Positions 26,883 through 37,975 of a stretch of 64,000 bases of DNA are shown in pieces. Origin of the DNA: a virus (lineage: Duplodnaviria > Caudoviricetes). A program made the position numbers and the translations under genes. The notes beneath the pieces are model-generated. The model had not been told where the DNA came from, searched no databases, and was given only the letters and a program-made list of their open reading frames with translations. How positions within the stretch are numbered: the first letter of the stretch is position 1; every line of letters starts with the position of its first letter. The DNA lies in the IMG/VR virus record IMGVR_UViG_3300038524_000024, positions 32,001 through 96,000 of that record, one strand, 5' to 3'.

Positions 26883-27287
26883 TTAAACATTTGTCATTTT
26901 GAACTTTAAAGCACTTGCAAGAAATACAAGAGTTGCACCAGATTGAACAATTCTTGTTGTTTGAAGCGCATCAAAATACCAAATATTTCCTCCGGTTGCT
27001 AAGTCTGATAGGAAAACATGGCTTATTGTACCCCAACTTCCAGTTGCTACCGGAAATGTTATAGAAGATAAATTTGATAATTCCCCGTTGGCAGCACTTG
27101 AAAAATATGCCTTTGTATTTAGAACTGCCACCCTCGCATAACTATTACCAACTGGTTCCGTTGCGCCAGTTCCAGTTGATGAAATGGTAGTGGTTGATAA
27201 ACCAACATAATAATTTGATGGTAGCGTAATACCAGTTGCTCCAAATAAATTATCCAAAATCTTGTTAGAAGCATATACAGTAATCAT
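26883..27287 (-). CDS. Phage tail protein (single copy of the domain duplicated in 22415-23218)
   Basis: YVGLST....TEP.G.SYARV...ITFPVATGSWGTI.H....D..TGGN. Confidence 0.75.
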   Translation of the reverse strand: MITVYASNKILDNLFGATGITLPSNYYVGLSTTTISSTGTGATEPVGNSYARVAVLNTKAYFSSAANGELSNLSSITFPVATGSWGTISHVFLSDLATGGNIWYFDALQTTRIVQSGATLVFLASALKFKMTNV

Positions 27288-27305
27288 ATAAAATCAATCC
27301 TTTCT

Positions 27306-27710
27306 TTATTCTGGCAAATATAAGTCATAAGACTCTGAAGTGCCATAAAACATTTGAAAAATGGTCATTGTTCCCTGAAAAGGAATGAAATATCCACTTT
27401 GATAACCCTCTAGGACAAGTTGATATATAAATTTGCCATATAAACTTTGTGTGTCTTCCGCATTCATAGTTACGGCGATAACATTATAAGGCTCTTCAGC
27501 AATTAATTGTCCTTCGATGTTTAATACTAATTTATCTAAATGCCCATAATGAGAGAGCTTAAAATTTGTAGACGTAGCACCAATCATTGATACTGGTGTA
27601 ATCATATCTAATTCATAAAAATGAAAATGATATTCTTGTTTTGACCCTCCCACAATCGCTAACGATGGTGCAGAACGCATTCCAACACTAACAAAATCGC
27701 AATTATCCAT
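27306..27710 (-). CDS. BppU-like tail tip protein, paralogue A
   Basis: VGGSKQEY.FHFYE.D.ITPVS ... EDT..LYGKF.YQ. Confidence 0.65.
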   Translation of the reverse strand: MDNCDFVSVGMRSAPSLAIVGGSKQEYHFHFYELDMITPVSMIGATSTNFKLSHYGHLDKLVLNIEGQLIAEEPYNVIAVTMNAEDTQSLYGKFIYQLVLEGYQSGYFIPFQGTMTIFQMFYGTSESYDLYLPE

Positions 27711-27721
27711 GGGTTACCTCA

Positions 27722-28093
27722 TTATGTTGAAGAGATTTGCTTATGAATATTAAGCAAACCCTGTATTGGTATAATAGTACCATAACTACCAAAGAGAGAT
27801 ATTTGGTAAACAAACTTACCATAGAGTCCTAAAGTATCTTCGTCTAATAGCAATATTCGAATAGAATTGTATGGTGATTCATTTACTTTTTGCCCATTGA
27901 CACTGAGTAAAACATTGTTTGGCTCTCCAAATTTTGTTATACTAAATATTATCGAAGTTGCCCAATCAATAGAAACCGGAGTAATCAAATCAGATTCATA
28001 GAAATGAAAAATGTATTCTTGTTGTGACCCACCTACAAAAGATATTTCTGGAATGTTATAAATATTATATTCACTAAATTCACAATCATCCAT
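27722..28093 (-). CDS. BppU-like tail tip protein, paralogue B
   Basis: Same motifs as 27306-27710. Confidence 0.65.
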   Translation of the reverse strand: MDDCEFSEYNIYNIPEISFVGGSQQEYIFHFYESDLITPVSIDWATSIIFSITKFGEPNNVLLSVNGQKVNESPYNSIRILLLDEDTLGLYGKFVYQISLFGSYGTIIPIQGLLNIHKQISST

Positions 28094-28292
28094 CGGCTAC
28101 CTCATTCAAGTTTTTTTGCTCGTCATCCTGTTCTTTGTTGTCTTCGGCAATTTGTTTCATAACGGAATCAAGTGTTAGTCCAGCATGGTATAAATAAGAT
28201 ACACTCTTACCTTTTACTTCTAATTCGGAAATATAATTACCAATGTTACTCAATTGTTGCAAACATGTTTCATTGATTTTATAAAATTTCAT
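28086..28292 (-). CDS. Small hypothetical protein
   Basis: 68 aa ORF with RBS after the Tal-like gene. Confidence 0.55.
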   Translation of the reverse strand: MKFYKINETCLQQLSNIGNYISELEVKGKSVSYLYHAGLTLDSVMKQIAEDNKEQDDEQKNLNEVADG

Positions 28293-28312
28293 TTTAATTC
28301 AATCCTTTTAAA

Positions 28313-31300
28313 TTAACTAAGCGCGGTAATAATACCATCTACAACCGACATATTTATTTGACCACCAGCATAACTTCTAAAACTTCTATTCGCAGTTACA
28401 CTACTATGATAATGATAATAACTAGCATATGTGCTTCCGTGACTATGACTGGTAGGGGCATATCTTGTATCGTTTTGTGCTATGCTCCATATTTGATTTG
28501 AGGCGTCAGTACCATCTTTCCAAAGACCTCCTGTTATCAGTGTTCCGGTTCCTGTATTTATTCTAAGATAGTTTGCAGTCAAGAATGTTGTTCCGACAGA
28601 GCCTAATGATAAAGTGGTAGCAGATGTAACATTTCCTTCTCCTGAAAACCACAATCCGATACCAAGTCCGCTACCTGCCTCCCCAATACTCCCCCCGGGG
28701 AATACAAATCTTCCACCGGAAACACGATACCCACTTAAACTTCCTGCGGTAAATCCACCTAAACTATACCCAGTACCAGTATTGATTCTATCAACGGGAA
28801 CAGGCGCATTAGTAATTTGGCTCCAATCAACCGCACCCAAAAGTCTTGTAGCACTTATTGTTCCGGTTGTACTAGTAATATCCCCGGTAAATGTTCCAGT
28901 CGCAGCAGATAATGACCCGCTGAATACACCACTTCCTTTAATGGTCAAAACACCATTCTCCCATTTTAGATAACTTGTATCGGTGGCACTACCAAGATAA
29001 AAATTGCCAGCATTGTCCATATATGTTTTCCACGATGCTATGCCAGTCGTTGGATTTTTATATACATATCCTAACTTTTCATAATCAATATGCAAACCTG
29101 TTTCGGTATTTCCAGCTTGAACATATCTTGGTTTGCTAGCAACACTGTCCCAAGCATATCCTGTAGACTGAGAAATATCGCCCGTGAATATTCCACTACC
29201 TTTAATTTTTAAAGTGCTAGTCGCAGAAGTCCACGATAAATAGTTAGCATTGTTTTCAGCACCAAGATAAAAGTTACCAGCATTATCCATATATGTTTTC
29301 CAACCAACTGGAGCTTCATAATATCCTAAGCGGTCAGACGATATGTGTAATCCTTTCGTTGGAGCATCTTCATCTATAACATACAATGGCTTTCCTGCTA
29401 AGGTATCCCAAGTTTCTGGCGGTGGTATTACGGGATATGGTGGCAAATCATAAATAGATGTGTGAGATATTCTTATGTTTCCATCCGAACCTATACTAAG
29501 TACTTCCGCCCCACCAGTCTTTTTGATTACAATACCAACTTCTGGATTTATATCAATTACATTTTTAGCATTAGATAATTCTAGGTTCATATTTTTTGCT
29601 TTTAAACCAGAGGCATCTACTAAAAATGTTGCCAATTCAGAATTAACATTGTTTTGAATTACTAGGCTATTACCAGCAATCATTCTTCCAACCAGCGCTT
29701 CGGCAACTACCCCATATAGATTTTGACCACCAAAATTTATTTCTCCCAGAGCCATTTTCACACTCTGCCAATTATTATTGGTAAAAGCTATTTGGTTGCT
29801 AGTGAGCCAAATTTGATTTGGTTCATATCCAGTTACTGTCTTTTGCCTTCCAATAAGCCCATTTGGTGTCAACGAAATTTCCTGGTCTTTGGTCGCCATT
29901 AGCGTTGTCAACGAAGCGTTTAACGCTTCGTCTATATACTGATTTACTGCTTGTTGACCACTTTCTACCCAATCGCTCCAGTCCCCAGCGCTATATTTTA
30001 CCTGCGAAATTGTTCTATCGGCATCTGAATTGATATCTCCTAATTCAATTTCCGAATTAGCTAATCTCAGCCTATTACTCAATAAGAATTTGAAGTCAGT
30101 TGGTACATCATAATTATAGTCAAATCCCAAAATTATGGGAACAAACAACGTATCGTTATTTCCATCTTCAAGTTGCACATATAAAGAGCTTCCAAGTGCT
30201 AACTGGTCAATAAAAGGTTGGAAATATTTTATAAATATAAAATTATGCAAATCAAGAGAAAATTCATATGATGGTTGTGATACCTTATTAGAAATAATCA
30301 CCCCTTGTGCATATAAATCTAAGGCCATTTGTTGTACTTGCTGTAACGTCATCATGTCTGTTTGCAAGAAGTTGCGATTATCATACGCACCAGCAAAAAT
30401 AAAATTATTTAATTGAGCCAATTGCGCTATTGTAAAATTCGCCTCTATTTTGCAAGTGTTATTGATTACAACAAGTTCATTTTGCTTAGTGCCTATTTGC
30501 AGTTGTTTAGCCTCTATCTCGGCTTGTTTATTGTCTACGGCAAGTTGCGCAGCAATAACCGCATTTTGTTCAACCGACGTGTTAGTTTTACCAGAATCTA
30601 TAGCTAACTTCAAAGTATTTTGTTTTATAAGCAACTGCGTTTGTAGATATTCAAGCCCTGTCGTTGTATTGGTACGCAAATCATATATTTCTCGCTGATA
30701 TGTCATTAGTTGTGTTAATTTAGTGGCATATGATGATTGATAACCTGCTATTTTTGTTTTCCAAGCATCAATAGCCGTAATTAGGTCGCTAGACATCCAC
30801 TCAAGATTTTTATAGTAATCAAAATTATAAATAATGTCATCCCCGGTTGGATTTACCTGATTGATGGTTAAATCATCTTTACCATATACACTTAATGCAG
30901 TTATAATATTATCGGAATTTTCATCAATACTAACATTTTCTAGCAAATTTTCATAAGATAAATAAATATCAGTTTTTGTTATGGCATTTGTCAATGCTTG
31001 TGCGTTGATTTTTTTGTTGAATGTATCAAATGTAAAAACACATTGATATGCTTGTTCCATTTCTTTCATTAAGAAAGTATAGACAGTCGTATCTTTTTCG
31101 TCAAAAGTTCTATATAGGTTATATAATGATGAATCAAGTGTTCCAAGAGACCATCCCGGCATATAAATAAGCAACTTATGCATCAAACTGTTTGCTTGAT
31201 TGGACGCATCATAAAATTTCCAAGTGCCTTTTATGTTTAATATTTTACGAAATGATAGTTCAAATTCTAATGATTTAGCTTCAACGTCTTTGTAAATCTT

Positions 31301-31576
31301 TGCTCCATCAGATTTTTCTATTACCTTAGTAATAATAAACATGCCAATATCTGGAATCTGTATTCTGCGCTTGCCAACAAGATATGAATAATATGGCATA
31401 GCAGTACCATTAATAGTTTTTGGAGCAGAAAATTTAATAGTAGAAACCGCATTATATCTTAAACTTACTTGTCTATCGTAAATGCCACCTATATTGAAAA
31501 GTTTAGTCCCGTCTGGATTGCATAATATATAATCTGGCACCTCATATTGTGAAAAAGAATCGAATTTTTGTATCAT
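28313..31576 (-). CDS. Tail tip / Tal-like protein (YomG-like)
   Basis: Follows Dit; prophage-tail-like N-terminus, coiled coil, FT..NW.S.K.ALG, duplicated WKTYMDNAGNFYLG. Confidence 0.75.
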   Translation of the reverse strand: MIQKFDSFSQYEVPDYILCNPDGTKLFNIGGIYDRQVSLRYNAVSTIKFSAPKTINGTAMPYYSYLVGKRRIQIPDIGMFIITKVIEKSDGAKIYKDVEAKSLEFELSFRKILNIKGTWKFYDASNQANSLMHKLLIYMPGWSLGTLDSSLYNLYRTFDEKDTTVYTFLMKEMEQAYQCVFTFDTFNKKINAQALTNAITKTDIYLSYENLLENVSIDENSDNIITALSVYGKDDLTINQVNPTGDDIIYNFDYYKNLEWMSSDLITAIDAWKTKIAGYQSSYATKLTQLMTYQREIYDLRTNTTTGLEYLQTQLLIKQNTLKLAIDSGKTNTSVEQNAVIAAQLAVDNKQAEIEAKQLQIGTKQNELVVINNTCKIEANFTIAQLAQLNNFIFAGAYDNRNFLQTDMMTLQQVQQMALDLYAQGVIISNKVSQPSYEFSLDLHNFIFIKYFQPFIDQLALGSSLYVQLEDGNNDTLFVPIILGFDYNYDVPTDFKFLLSNRLRLANSEIELGDINSDADRTISQVKYSAGDWSDWVESGQQAVNQYIDEALNASLTTLMATKDQEISLTPNGLIGRQKTVTGYEPNQIWLTSNQIAFTNNNWQSVKMALGEINFGGQNLYGVVAEALVGRMIAGNSLVIQNNVNSELATFLVDASGLKAKNMNLELSNAKNVIDINPEVGIVIKKTGGAEVLSIGSDGNIRISHTSIYDLPPYPVIPPPETWDTLAGKPLYVIDEDAPTKGLHISSDRLGYYEAPVGWKTYMDNAGNFYLGAENNANYLSWTSATSTLKIKGSGIFTGDISQSTGYAWDSVASKPRYVQAGNTETGLHIDYEKLGYVYKNPTTGIASWKTYMDNAGNFYLGSATDTSYLKWENGVLTIKGSGVFSGSLSAATGTFTGDITSTTGTISATRLLGAVDWSQITNAPVPVDRINTGTGYSLGGFTAGSLSGYRVSGGRFVFPGGSIGEAGSGLGIGLWFSGEGNVTSATTLSLGSVGTTFLTANYLRINTGTGTLITGGLWKDGTDASNQIWSIAQNDTRYAPTSHSHGSTYASYYHYHSSVTANRSFRSYAGGQINMSVVDGIITALS

Positions 31577-31583
31577 CTTATTA

Positions 31584-32381
31584 CTATGCTCCTATTTTTC
31601 GTGAGAACTGATATACCATTATAAAGTCTTGAAATCTACCATAAAGATTTATGATGTTCTCACCCGGCAATAGTCTTAACCAATTGCTACTAAAATATTG
31701 CATTAACTTTCGGTTTTGGTTTGACGTAATTATTTTGTTAATATTGTCTATTGTAACAACCTCATCAACCAATAGTCCTCCAGTAAAGGAAAGCAAACGA
31801 CTTGGCTCTGCTAAATTTTTTATCACTAAGCCCGTTGAACTTTTTGATTTAAATCGTACTACCGGGTATACATACCCGTCTTCAGCACTATCATTATAAA
31901 TTGCCGGTAGGTTTACATTAACAGTGTTGGACAAATGACCAACATGCGTAGCATATTTTGGCAAGCTCCATCCAAATCCAGAATCACAATGAGCAGTGTA
32001 TCTTATGGCATACAAGAAATTCCCAACATATATAGGAGTAGCATTTATAAAAATTACGTTGAAATAAGTGTCAACCATATCTCCTTGAACAATTTGTAAT
32101 TTTTTATATGAGCTTCTACCCAACATCCACCTATTGATAGAATCAAAGTCAATAGCGGTTCGTTTGTTGCAATCTCCAACTGTAAATTCAAATTCTAGCG
32201 AGGTATGATGAACTCTTTTATAAAAGTATGGTTTAGTTCTATGGATTTGATACTCCTCTATAATTGTTGATGCACCAGCAGACATACCTTCTTGTAAGCC
32301 TGTTTCAAAATTAATAATTTGCAAACCATATTCCTCTGATGGGACACCATCATAAATAAAAGTAGAACCGTAGAAAGCCAT
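31584..32381 (-). CDS. Distal tail protein (Dit, YomH-like)
   Basis: F.YDG.PSEEYGL.I, CDS.FGWS, IYNDS...VYP, WLRLLPGEN; ATG 32381 after AGGAGG. Confidence 0.8.
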   Translation of the reverse strand: MAFYGSTFIYDGVPSEEYGLQIINFETGLQEGMSAGASTIIEEYQIHRTKPYFYKRVHHTSLEFEFTVGDCNKRTAIDFDSINRWMLGRSSYKKLQIVQGDMVDTYFNVIFINATPIYVGNFLYAIRYTAHCDSGFGWSLPKYATHVGHLSNTVNVNLPAIYNDSAEDGYVYPVVRFKSKSSTGLVIKNLAEPSRLLSFTGGLLVDEVVTIDNINKIITSNQNRKLMQYFSSNWLRLLPGENIINLYGRFQDFIMVYQFSRKIGA

Positions 32382-32400
32382 AGCCCTCCTTTCAATTGTT

Positions 32401-32430
32401 GGGTGAGCCATTATATTAACTGGCTCACCC
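32401..32430 (-). terminator. Hairpin after the tape measure gene
   Basis: GGGTGAGCCA/TGGCTCACCC 10 bp stem; weak U tract. Confidence 0.5.
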
Positions 32431-32439
32431 TTAATTAGA

Positions 32440-35400
32440 TTAAATTGTATTAAAGTTACTAGAAGACCGCAATCCAGCGTTGTCCCTAATAGACATAATA
32501 GCCTTAGAGACAGCTCTCTCTAAGTCCGGCAAAACTGAGTGGTCTAAATTTCCAGAAACAGGTATGGTTATATCAACTTTAATATCTCCGGTTTGTTTTC
32601 TACCATTGTCGACTAGACTTGGTAAGGTGTTCTTTATGAAGTTATGTGCTTGCTCTTTTGTTGTAACAACTTCACCTTTTAGTAATTTTGCAAATACCTC
32701 TTGCTCAGGTATCTGCGGCAGTTCACCAACAATACCACCAGAGTGATACATTAGTGCTGGAATATTACGTCCACCGCCACCCATAGTTAGAACAATATCT
32801 GCCCCAAGAGCATTTAAGTCTGCAACATGAGCTAAGGCTTGTGCAAGTGTCATGGCTTGTGATATAGCATGGGCAGTCTTTGTTGTAAGACTATCTATAG
32901 CATTTCCAGCATTACTAGCCATCCCGGAAATAGCACTTCCAGCCGAACTAGCAAAATTTTGAACAGCAGTAGCGCCTTGCATTCCAAAAGTTTCAATCCA
33001 AGCAATTGCGCCCTTCCAAGCGTCAACTACGTCTGTAGAAATTCCACTTCCATAAGTCATATTCCATTCCATCAATTCGTCGTAAAATTCTTTTGTTCTA
33101 TCGTGAATTAATGCTTGGGCTTCTTGAACAATTAGCCCTTCTTCTTCCAAGTACTTATCTAATGCATCTAACTTTGAATTAATATTTTCAGTAAATAGTT
33201 CTAATTCTATGTCTAATGCATCTTCTTGTGCTTGAATTCGTTGGTCAAATTGTTCGTCTTCCAATTCAGTTTTAGCATCGGCAAGTTGTTCCTCTAACGC
33301 TAACCTTCTTGCAATGCCTTCTTGCGAAGTGTCAAATTGTATTTGAGCAAGTTCTGCTTCGAGGTTTACAATTGTATTTGTTCGCTTGCTAATTTCCTTC
33401 GTGTCAGAACGCTGTTTCTTTTGTATGTCTAGTTCTTCTTTTTTTGCTTTGATAAGCTTCTTATACGCGTCTAATTCCTCTTTGAGTGCATCTTTAGCAC
33501 GTTTAGCTCTATCTTTCAACATAGCAACGGTCATTTTTAATAAATCTTGATATGATTTTTCTGCTTCTGACCTTGCTTTAGCTTCCGCTTCTGCAGCTTC
33601 CTGTTCTGGTGTTTTTCCACCGCCTCCACCGCCACCCCCATCAGGTTGCGTAGGTGGTTTATATCCACCCCCACCAGACCATATATCGTTACCAAAATTA
33701 GGTGGTGTCATTGATTGTGGATTGAATATTGTTGAAAGATTATTTCCCAAATTAGACAGTTCCTCTGTGCCAATGGTTGCCCCACCAGACATTGAAATAT
33801 TTGGTACTTGTATTGGGAAACTATCTACCTTAAATATTTGTCCAAAAAATTTTGGTAGCGGCCAGTTTATAGTTGAGAAACCATCTACTTTTGCAGTAAA
33901 TGACATTTTGAATGACGATATGACACTAGCTAAACTTGTCATAGCAGATTGAATTGCTTTGTTTTGGTTAGCCACGCTTTCATTAACTCTAGCGGTCATT
34001 TGTGTGGCGAAGTTACTAAAATTGCCAACCCCGCCAGTTAAATAACCATATATGGCTTCCGCACTAGTCAATGCTTTTCCTGCACTATCTGTAAATGCTA
34101 AACCACTTTGTTGAGAATAGTTCCATGCGGCTTCAGAAAGAGATTTATAATATGCAAGAGCACTTTCAGCACCGGTTTGGAACTGACTAAACATATCGCC
34201 GGACATGACTGAATCATATCCCTGTCGCAGTAAGTCTGCTGTATCAGACATGTTTACAAGGTCTTGAGTTGATTGTTGAAGAGCTACGCTATAACTAGCG
34301 TGAGATTCCGTCAAAGCTCGAACTTGTTCATCACTCAATCCAAGAGCGTCTTTATTTTCGATTATGGCGTTATACTGATTTTCAATCATCTCAGTAGCAC
34401 CAACGAGACCATCTATATAGTCGGTGATGGCTATGTCACCACTTTCGAACTCAGAATTAAGACTGTCTAATGCAACTAATCCGTTTGTGAATAATGTGGT
34501 AAAAAACCTTTGGGCGGAATCGGTGCTATCATCAAACATATTGATAATATCACGGTTTGCCGTAATTTCTGACAATGTATCAAAATACGCTCCAACAGAT
34601 ATTTTTCCATCTTCAAAGTTTTTGTTTAAATCAACGATACGCTGACCAAACGACTCAAATGCTTCTTTTGCTTCGCCCTGCAATGAGCTAGCTAAACTCG
34701 CTACCAAAGATTCAAAACTCTTAAATTGGTCTGCTAGTGCATTTGCTTTTGGAGCGTTTGTTTCTCCCTCTAACATGGCGTTTAAAGCCTTGATAAGAGG
34801 ATTATCTTTTCCAAATTCATTGATTAATTCTTGGCGAAATTCAGCACCAGCACTAACCCATGTTGAAAATAACTCTGAAGCAAATTCCTTAGCGACCTTT
34901 TCACTATCTTCGATAGCCTTTTCAGCATCACCTTCGCTTATTGCAAAATCTTGGAGCAATATGCTAAGAACATCTTCACCATCAGTAAGCCAGTCTTCGT
35001 AATTGAAAAGAGCATCTCTTAATGTTTTTTGTGTTTCAGTTAAGACTTCATCAGCCGTACCAGAAATATTGTACAACCATCCAAGCAAAGCCTGATTAGC
35101 TGTTTGCCCTTGTTTAGCACCACTCTCAACAATACCTTTGATTAATGAGGGAAGTTGCTCTGCGGCTTGCGCTACTTTGATTGCTTGTGTAAGTTTCTCA
35201 TATTCTTTTATTTTTTCGGATATGGTTATCTTGAAACTTGCTTCTTCTTCGCCTGTAAGTTTGCCCTGTTCTCTGAGTAAGTCATTTACCGTCTCTATGG
35301 CAATAGCTTCTTCTAAATACCAACCCATTTTCCCATAATGCCAGCCCTCATACTCTGGTATGAGTTGGTGCAAAATAGCGTATTGGTCATATAAAGCGCC

Positions 35401-37938
35401 CTCATCATCGGTAGTTAAAGAACCCTCTTTAAACTTAGCAAAAAGCTTAGTAATTTCATCAACTGCATTACCGGCATCGGCTAATTTAGAAGGAATATTT
35501 TCAACGCGAGTTATATATGCGTCTACAGCGGTTGTTGCTTCCTCAACCTTTTTTCTATGGGCTTCAGTTACTGCATTATATATTCCATATGCGGTTCCAG
35601 CTACGGCAAGTATGATACCAATAGGTGCAAGCGCGCCCGCCAATCCCCCAGCCGCTGTTCCTGCCAATGTTAATTTAGCAGCTAATTCGGCAATTCTTGT
35701 TCCAAGCGCAGTAATTCCACTTGCAATACTAGTCGCATTTAAAGCTATAACCAAACCAATAATAGTAGTTAAAACAGGAATAAGTCCACCTAAATTTGCA
35801 CCTAGTTGTAATAATCCGGTTCCAATATCTAAAATAGTTTTTGTAACACCACTATTTAAAGTATTTAACCAAAGTTCTTCCCAAGTAGCCTTAAATTTTT
35901 GTTGCTTGGCTTCGACAGATTCAAGATAAATTCCATACCTGTCCTGCGCCAATCCAGCCGCATTGGTGGTCATAATTTCTGCTTGTTTTACTTTATCATA
36001 ATTTTCTAATAAAATAAGCAAACGTTCACGTTGTCTTACACCAGCAATTGTTGATGCAATTTCAGATTTAGCAACACTGCCAAATTCTTTCCATCGACCA
36101 GCAACATCATCTAATACATCACTTAAATCTTTAAATTCACCAACAGAGTCTCTAAGTGTAATATTATATTTAGTAAGAACCTGTTCAACATTAGAAATAT
36201 TCTCGCCTTCTTCATCAGTATCAGCACCAATTTTTACTGCTTGCATACGTGCAAAAATAGTTTTAAAAGATTCACCGATTGATTCGGCACTTTGACGAGA
36301 GACAGAACTAACAACTGTAACCATACTGGCTAATTCTTCTAGGCTAATTCCAGCAAGCCGAGCGGAAACCGATGAGCGCTGAAGCGCTTTTGCAATTTCG
36401 GCAACGCTAGTAGCATAATTATTATCAAGTTGAACTAACTTATCAAGAACGCCTATCATATCGCCAGACTCTAAATTAAAGCCATTCATAATAGATGTTA
36501 AGTATTCAGTTGATTGTGCGGCATCCATGTTAGCAAGCTTTGCTTGCATAGTAGATACTCGAATTAGTTCTGCTGTTTCTGCTTGTGATTTACCTTGTCT
36601 GATAAACTCAAGACTTCCACGAGCAACTTCCTGCGTTGTTGTTCCAAGTTCTTTTGCTAATGAGTTATATTCATGAGCCAAATTTGCGGTTTCTTCTGCG
36701 GTAGCACCACTAACAATTCTTACGTTGGTAAGATGTTCATCTAATTCATTGATAAATGATATACCTTGTTTAAGTTGATTTAATGAACCATAAACAAGAC
36801 CCATGGCAAGAGACCATGAAATGGTTCTACTGATAGCTACACCAATTTGGGATACAAAAGTTTGGGTGTCTTTGCCCAATCCCTTGAATTCTGTTCCTGC
36901 TAATTGAGTAGATTCAGAAAGCTTATTGAGCGAAGCTTCCTGTTCTTTGGTCATGGGTATACCCTGACCCTTTACTTGATTTGAAAGTGCTTCCTCGGCT
37001 TGCAAAAGAGCCTTACTTTGTATTACTGCCTCTCGTACTGCTGGAACTGATTGAGAACGTGTTTCAGCAAGTTTCTCAAGATTTGATGCTTGACTCTTAG
37101 TAGAATCAAGTAGTTTTTTTTGTCGCTCTAATTCGGTATTAAGCTCTTTTTGTGTCTTAGTTGTAGACTTAGCCCTTGTCGTCATTATTTCTAAGTATGC
37201 GCTACTTTCTTTAGTAAGTAACTGGGAATCCGGAGTAGAAAGAGACGACTTTGCCGAATCTATAGACCTTTGTAAATCATCTGCAATTTTTTGAGCACGT
37301 TGAGTTGCTTCAGATGCCGGATTAGAAACTTTTAATACAGCATTCATTTCGGCAACAACTTTTTGTGATTTCTCTAAGATAGCAAGTTGTTCTTTTTGCT
37401 TCTTTATATTATCTTCAGTGTATCTAGCTTTTTGTTGTACTAATTCTCCCTCGCTATTAACTAAATAGTTTATGGAACGAGCTTTATTCTCTAAGTCTGT
37501 ATATTGAGCAACCACTCTTGTAATTATGTTTTCACCATTGGCTTCAACAGTAATTCTAGCTTGTGCCCCTCTTGTTGCTTCGTTTACTCTTTGAACAATT
37601 TTTTCATATTGTGCTAATAACACAGAATTACTACGAATTTGTTCTTCGGTAACAGGGGCACTATTACTACCAGACGGTGTTATACTAGGAGCGGTTCTTG
37701 TGGTGCTTCCACCGCCAGTTCCCACTAAATTTACATTAATAGCACCTAATTTATTTTCAACATACGACTTAAGTGAATTAATAGATTGTTCGCTAACTGT
37801 GAATTGAGTAATGTTTGCAGTAATTTTTACTGAAACATCTTTCATCTTATCAAGTTCTTTTTGTATATTTACAAGTGATGTAGTATCAAGTTTTCCACTA
37901 ATTAAAATGGTATATTTATTATTATTATTATCAGCCAT
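32440..37938 (-). CDS. Tail tape measure protein
   Basis: About 1830 aa, helical; TP901-type core (A.ELGTTT..VA, DNNYATSV.EIA.AL.RS, IG.S.KTIFAR); YHSGG..GE.V C-terminus. Confidence 0.92.
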   Translation of the reverse strand: MADNNNNKYTILISGKLDTTSLVNIQKELDKMKDVSVKITANITQFTVSEQSINSLKSYVENKLGAINVNLVGTGGGSTTRTAPSITPSGSNSAPVTEEQIRSNSVLLAQYEKIVQRVNEATRGAQARITVEANGENIITRVVAQYTDLENKARSINYLVNSEGELVQQKARYTEDNIKKQKEQLAILEKSQKVVAEMNAVLKVSNPASEATQRAQKIADDLQRSIDSAKSSLSTPDSQLLTKESSAYLEIMTTRAKSTTKTQKELNTELERQKKLLDSTKSQASNLEKLAETRSQSVPAVREAVIQSKALLQAEEALSNQVKGQGIPMTKEQEASLNKLSESTQLAGTEFKGLGKDTQTFVSQIGVAISRTISWSLAMGLVYGSLNQLKQGISFINELDEHLTNVRIVSGATAEETANLAHEYNSLAKELGTTTQEVARGSLEFIRQGKSQAETAELIRVSTMQAKLANMDAAQSTEYLTSIMNGFNLESGDMIGVLDKLVQLDNNYATSVAEIAKALQRSSVSARLAGISLEELASMVTVVSSVSRQSAESIGESFKTIFARMQAVKIGADTDEEGENISNVEQVLTKYNITLRDSVGEFKDLSDVLDDVAGRWKEFGSVAKSEIASTIAGVRQRERLLILLENYDKVKQAEIMTTNAAGLAQDRYGIYLESVEAKQQKFKATWEELWLNTLNSGVTKTILDIGTGLLQLGANLGGLIPVLTTIIGLVIALNATSIASGITALGTRIAELAAKLTLAGTAAGGLAGALAPIGIILAVAGTAYGIYNAVTEAHRKKVEEATTAVDAYITRVENIPSKLADAGNAVDEITKLFAKFKEGSLTTDDEGALYDQYAILHQLIPEYEGWHYGKMGWYLEEAIAIETVNDLLREQGKLTGEEEASFKITISEKIKEYEKLTQAIKVAQAAEQLPSLIKGIVESGAKQGQTANQALLGWLYNISGTADEVLTETQKTLRDALFNYEDWLTDGEDVLSILLQDFAISEGDAEKAIEDSEKVAKEFASELFSTWVSAGAEFRQELINEFGKDNPLIKALNAMLEGETNAPKANALADQFKSFESLVASLASSLQGEAKEAFESFGQRIVDLNKNFEDGKISVGAYFDTLSEITANRDIINMFDDSTDSAQRFFTTLFTNGLVALDSLNSEFESGDIAITDYIDGLVGATEMIENQYNAIIENKDALGLSDEQVRALTESHASYSVALQQSTQDLVNMSDTADLLRQGYDSVMSGDMFSQFQTGAESALAYYKSLSEAAWNYSQQSGLAFTDSAGKALTSAEAIYGYLTGGVGNFSNFATQMTARVNESVANQNKAIQSAMTSLASVISSFKMSFTAKVDGFSTINWPLPKFFGQIFKVDSFPIQVPNISMSGGATIGTEELSNLGNNLSTIFNPQSMTPPNFGNDIWSGGGGYKPPTQPDGGGGGGGGKTPEQEAAEAEAKARSEAEKSYQDLLKMTVAMLKDRAKRAKDALKEELDAYKKLIKAKKEELDIQKKQRSDTKEISKRTNTIVNLEAELAQIQFDTSQEGIARRLALEEQLADAKTELEDEQFDQRIQAQEDALDIELELFTENINSKLDALDKYLEEEGLIVQEAQALIHDRTKEFYDELMEWNMTYGSGISTDVVDAWKGAIAWIETFGMQGATAVQNFASSAGSAISGMASNAGNAIDSLTTKTAHAISQAMTLAQALAHVADLNALGADIVLTMGGGGRNIPALMYHSGGIVGELPQIPEQEVFAKLLKGEVVTTKEQAHNFIKNTLPSLVDNGRKQTGDIKVDITIPVSGNLDHSVLPDLERAVSKAIMSIRDNAGLRSSSNFNTI

Positions 37939-37975
37939 CCACAAATCCTCCTTTCAGTTACACTACCCGTATAAA

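Noticed and set aside
33600-33680. GC-rich patch in the tape measure gene
   Set aside because: Encodes a Gly/Pro linker (GGGGYKPP..GGGGGGG), so it is not evidence of foreign DNA
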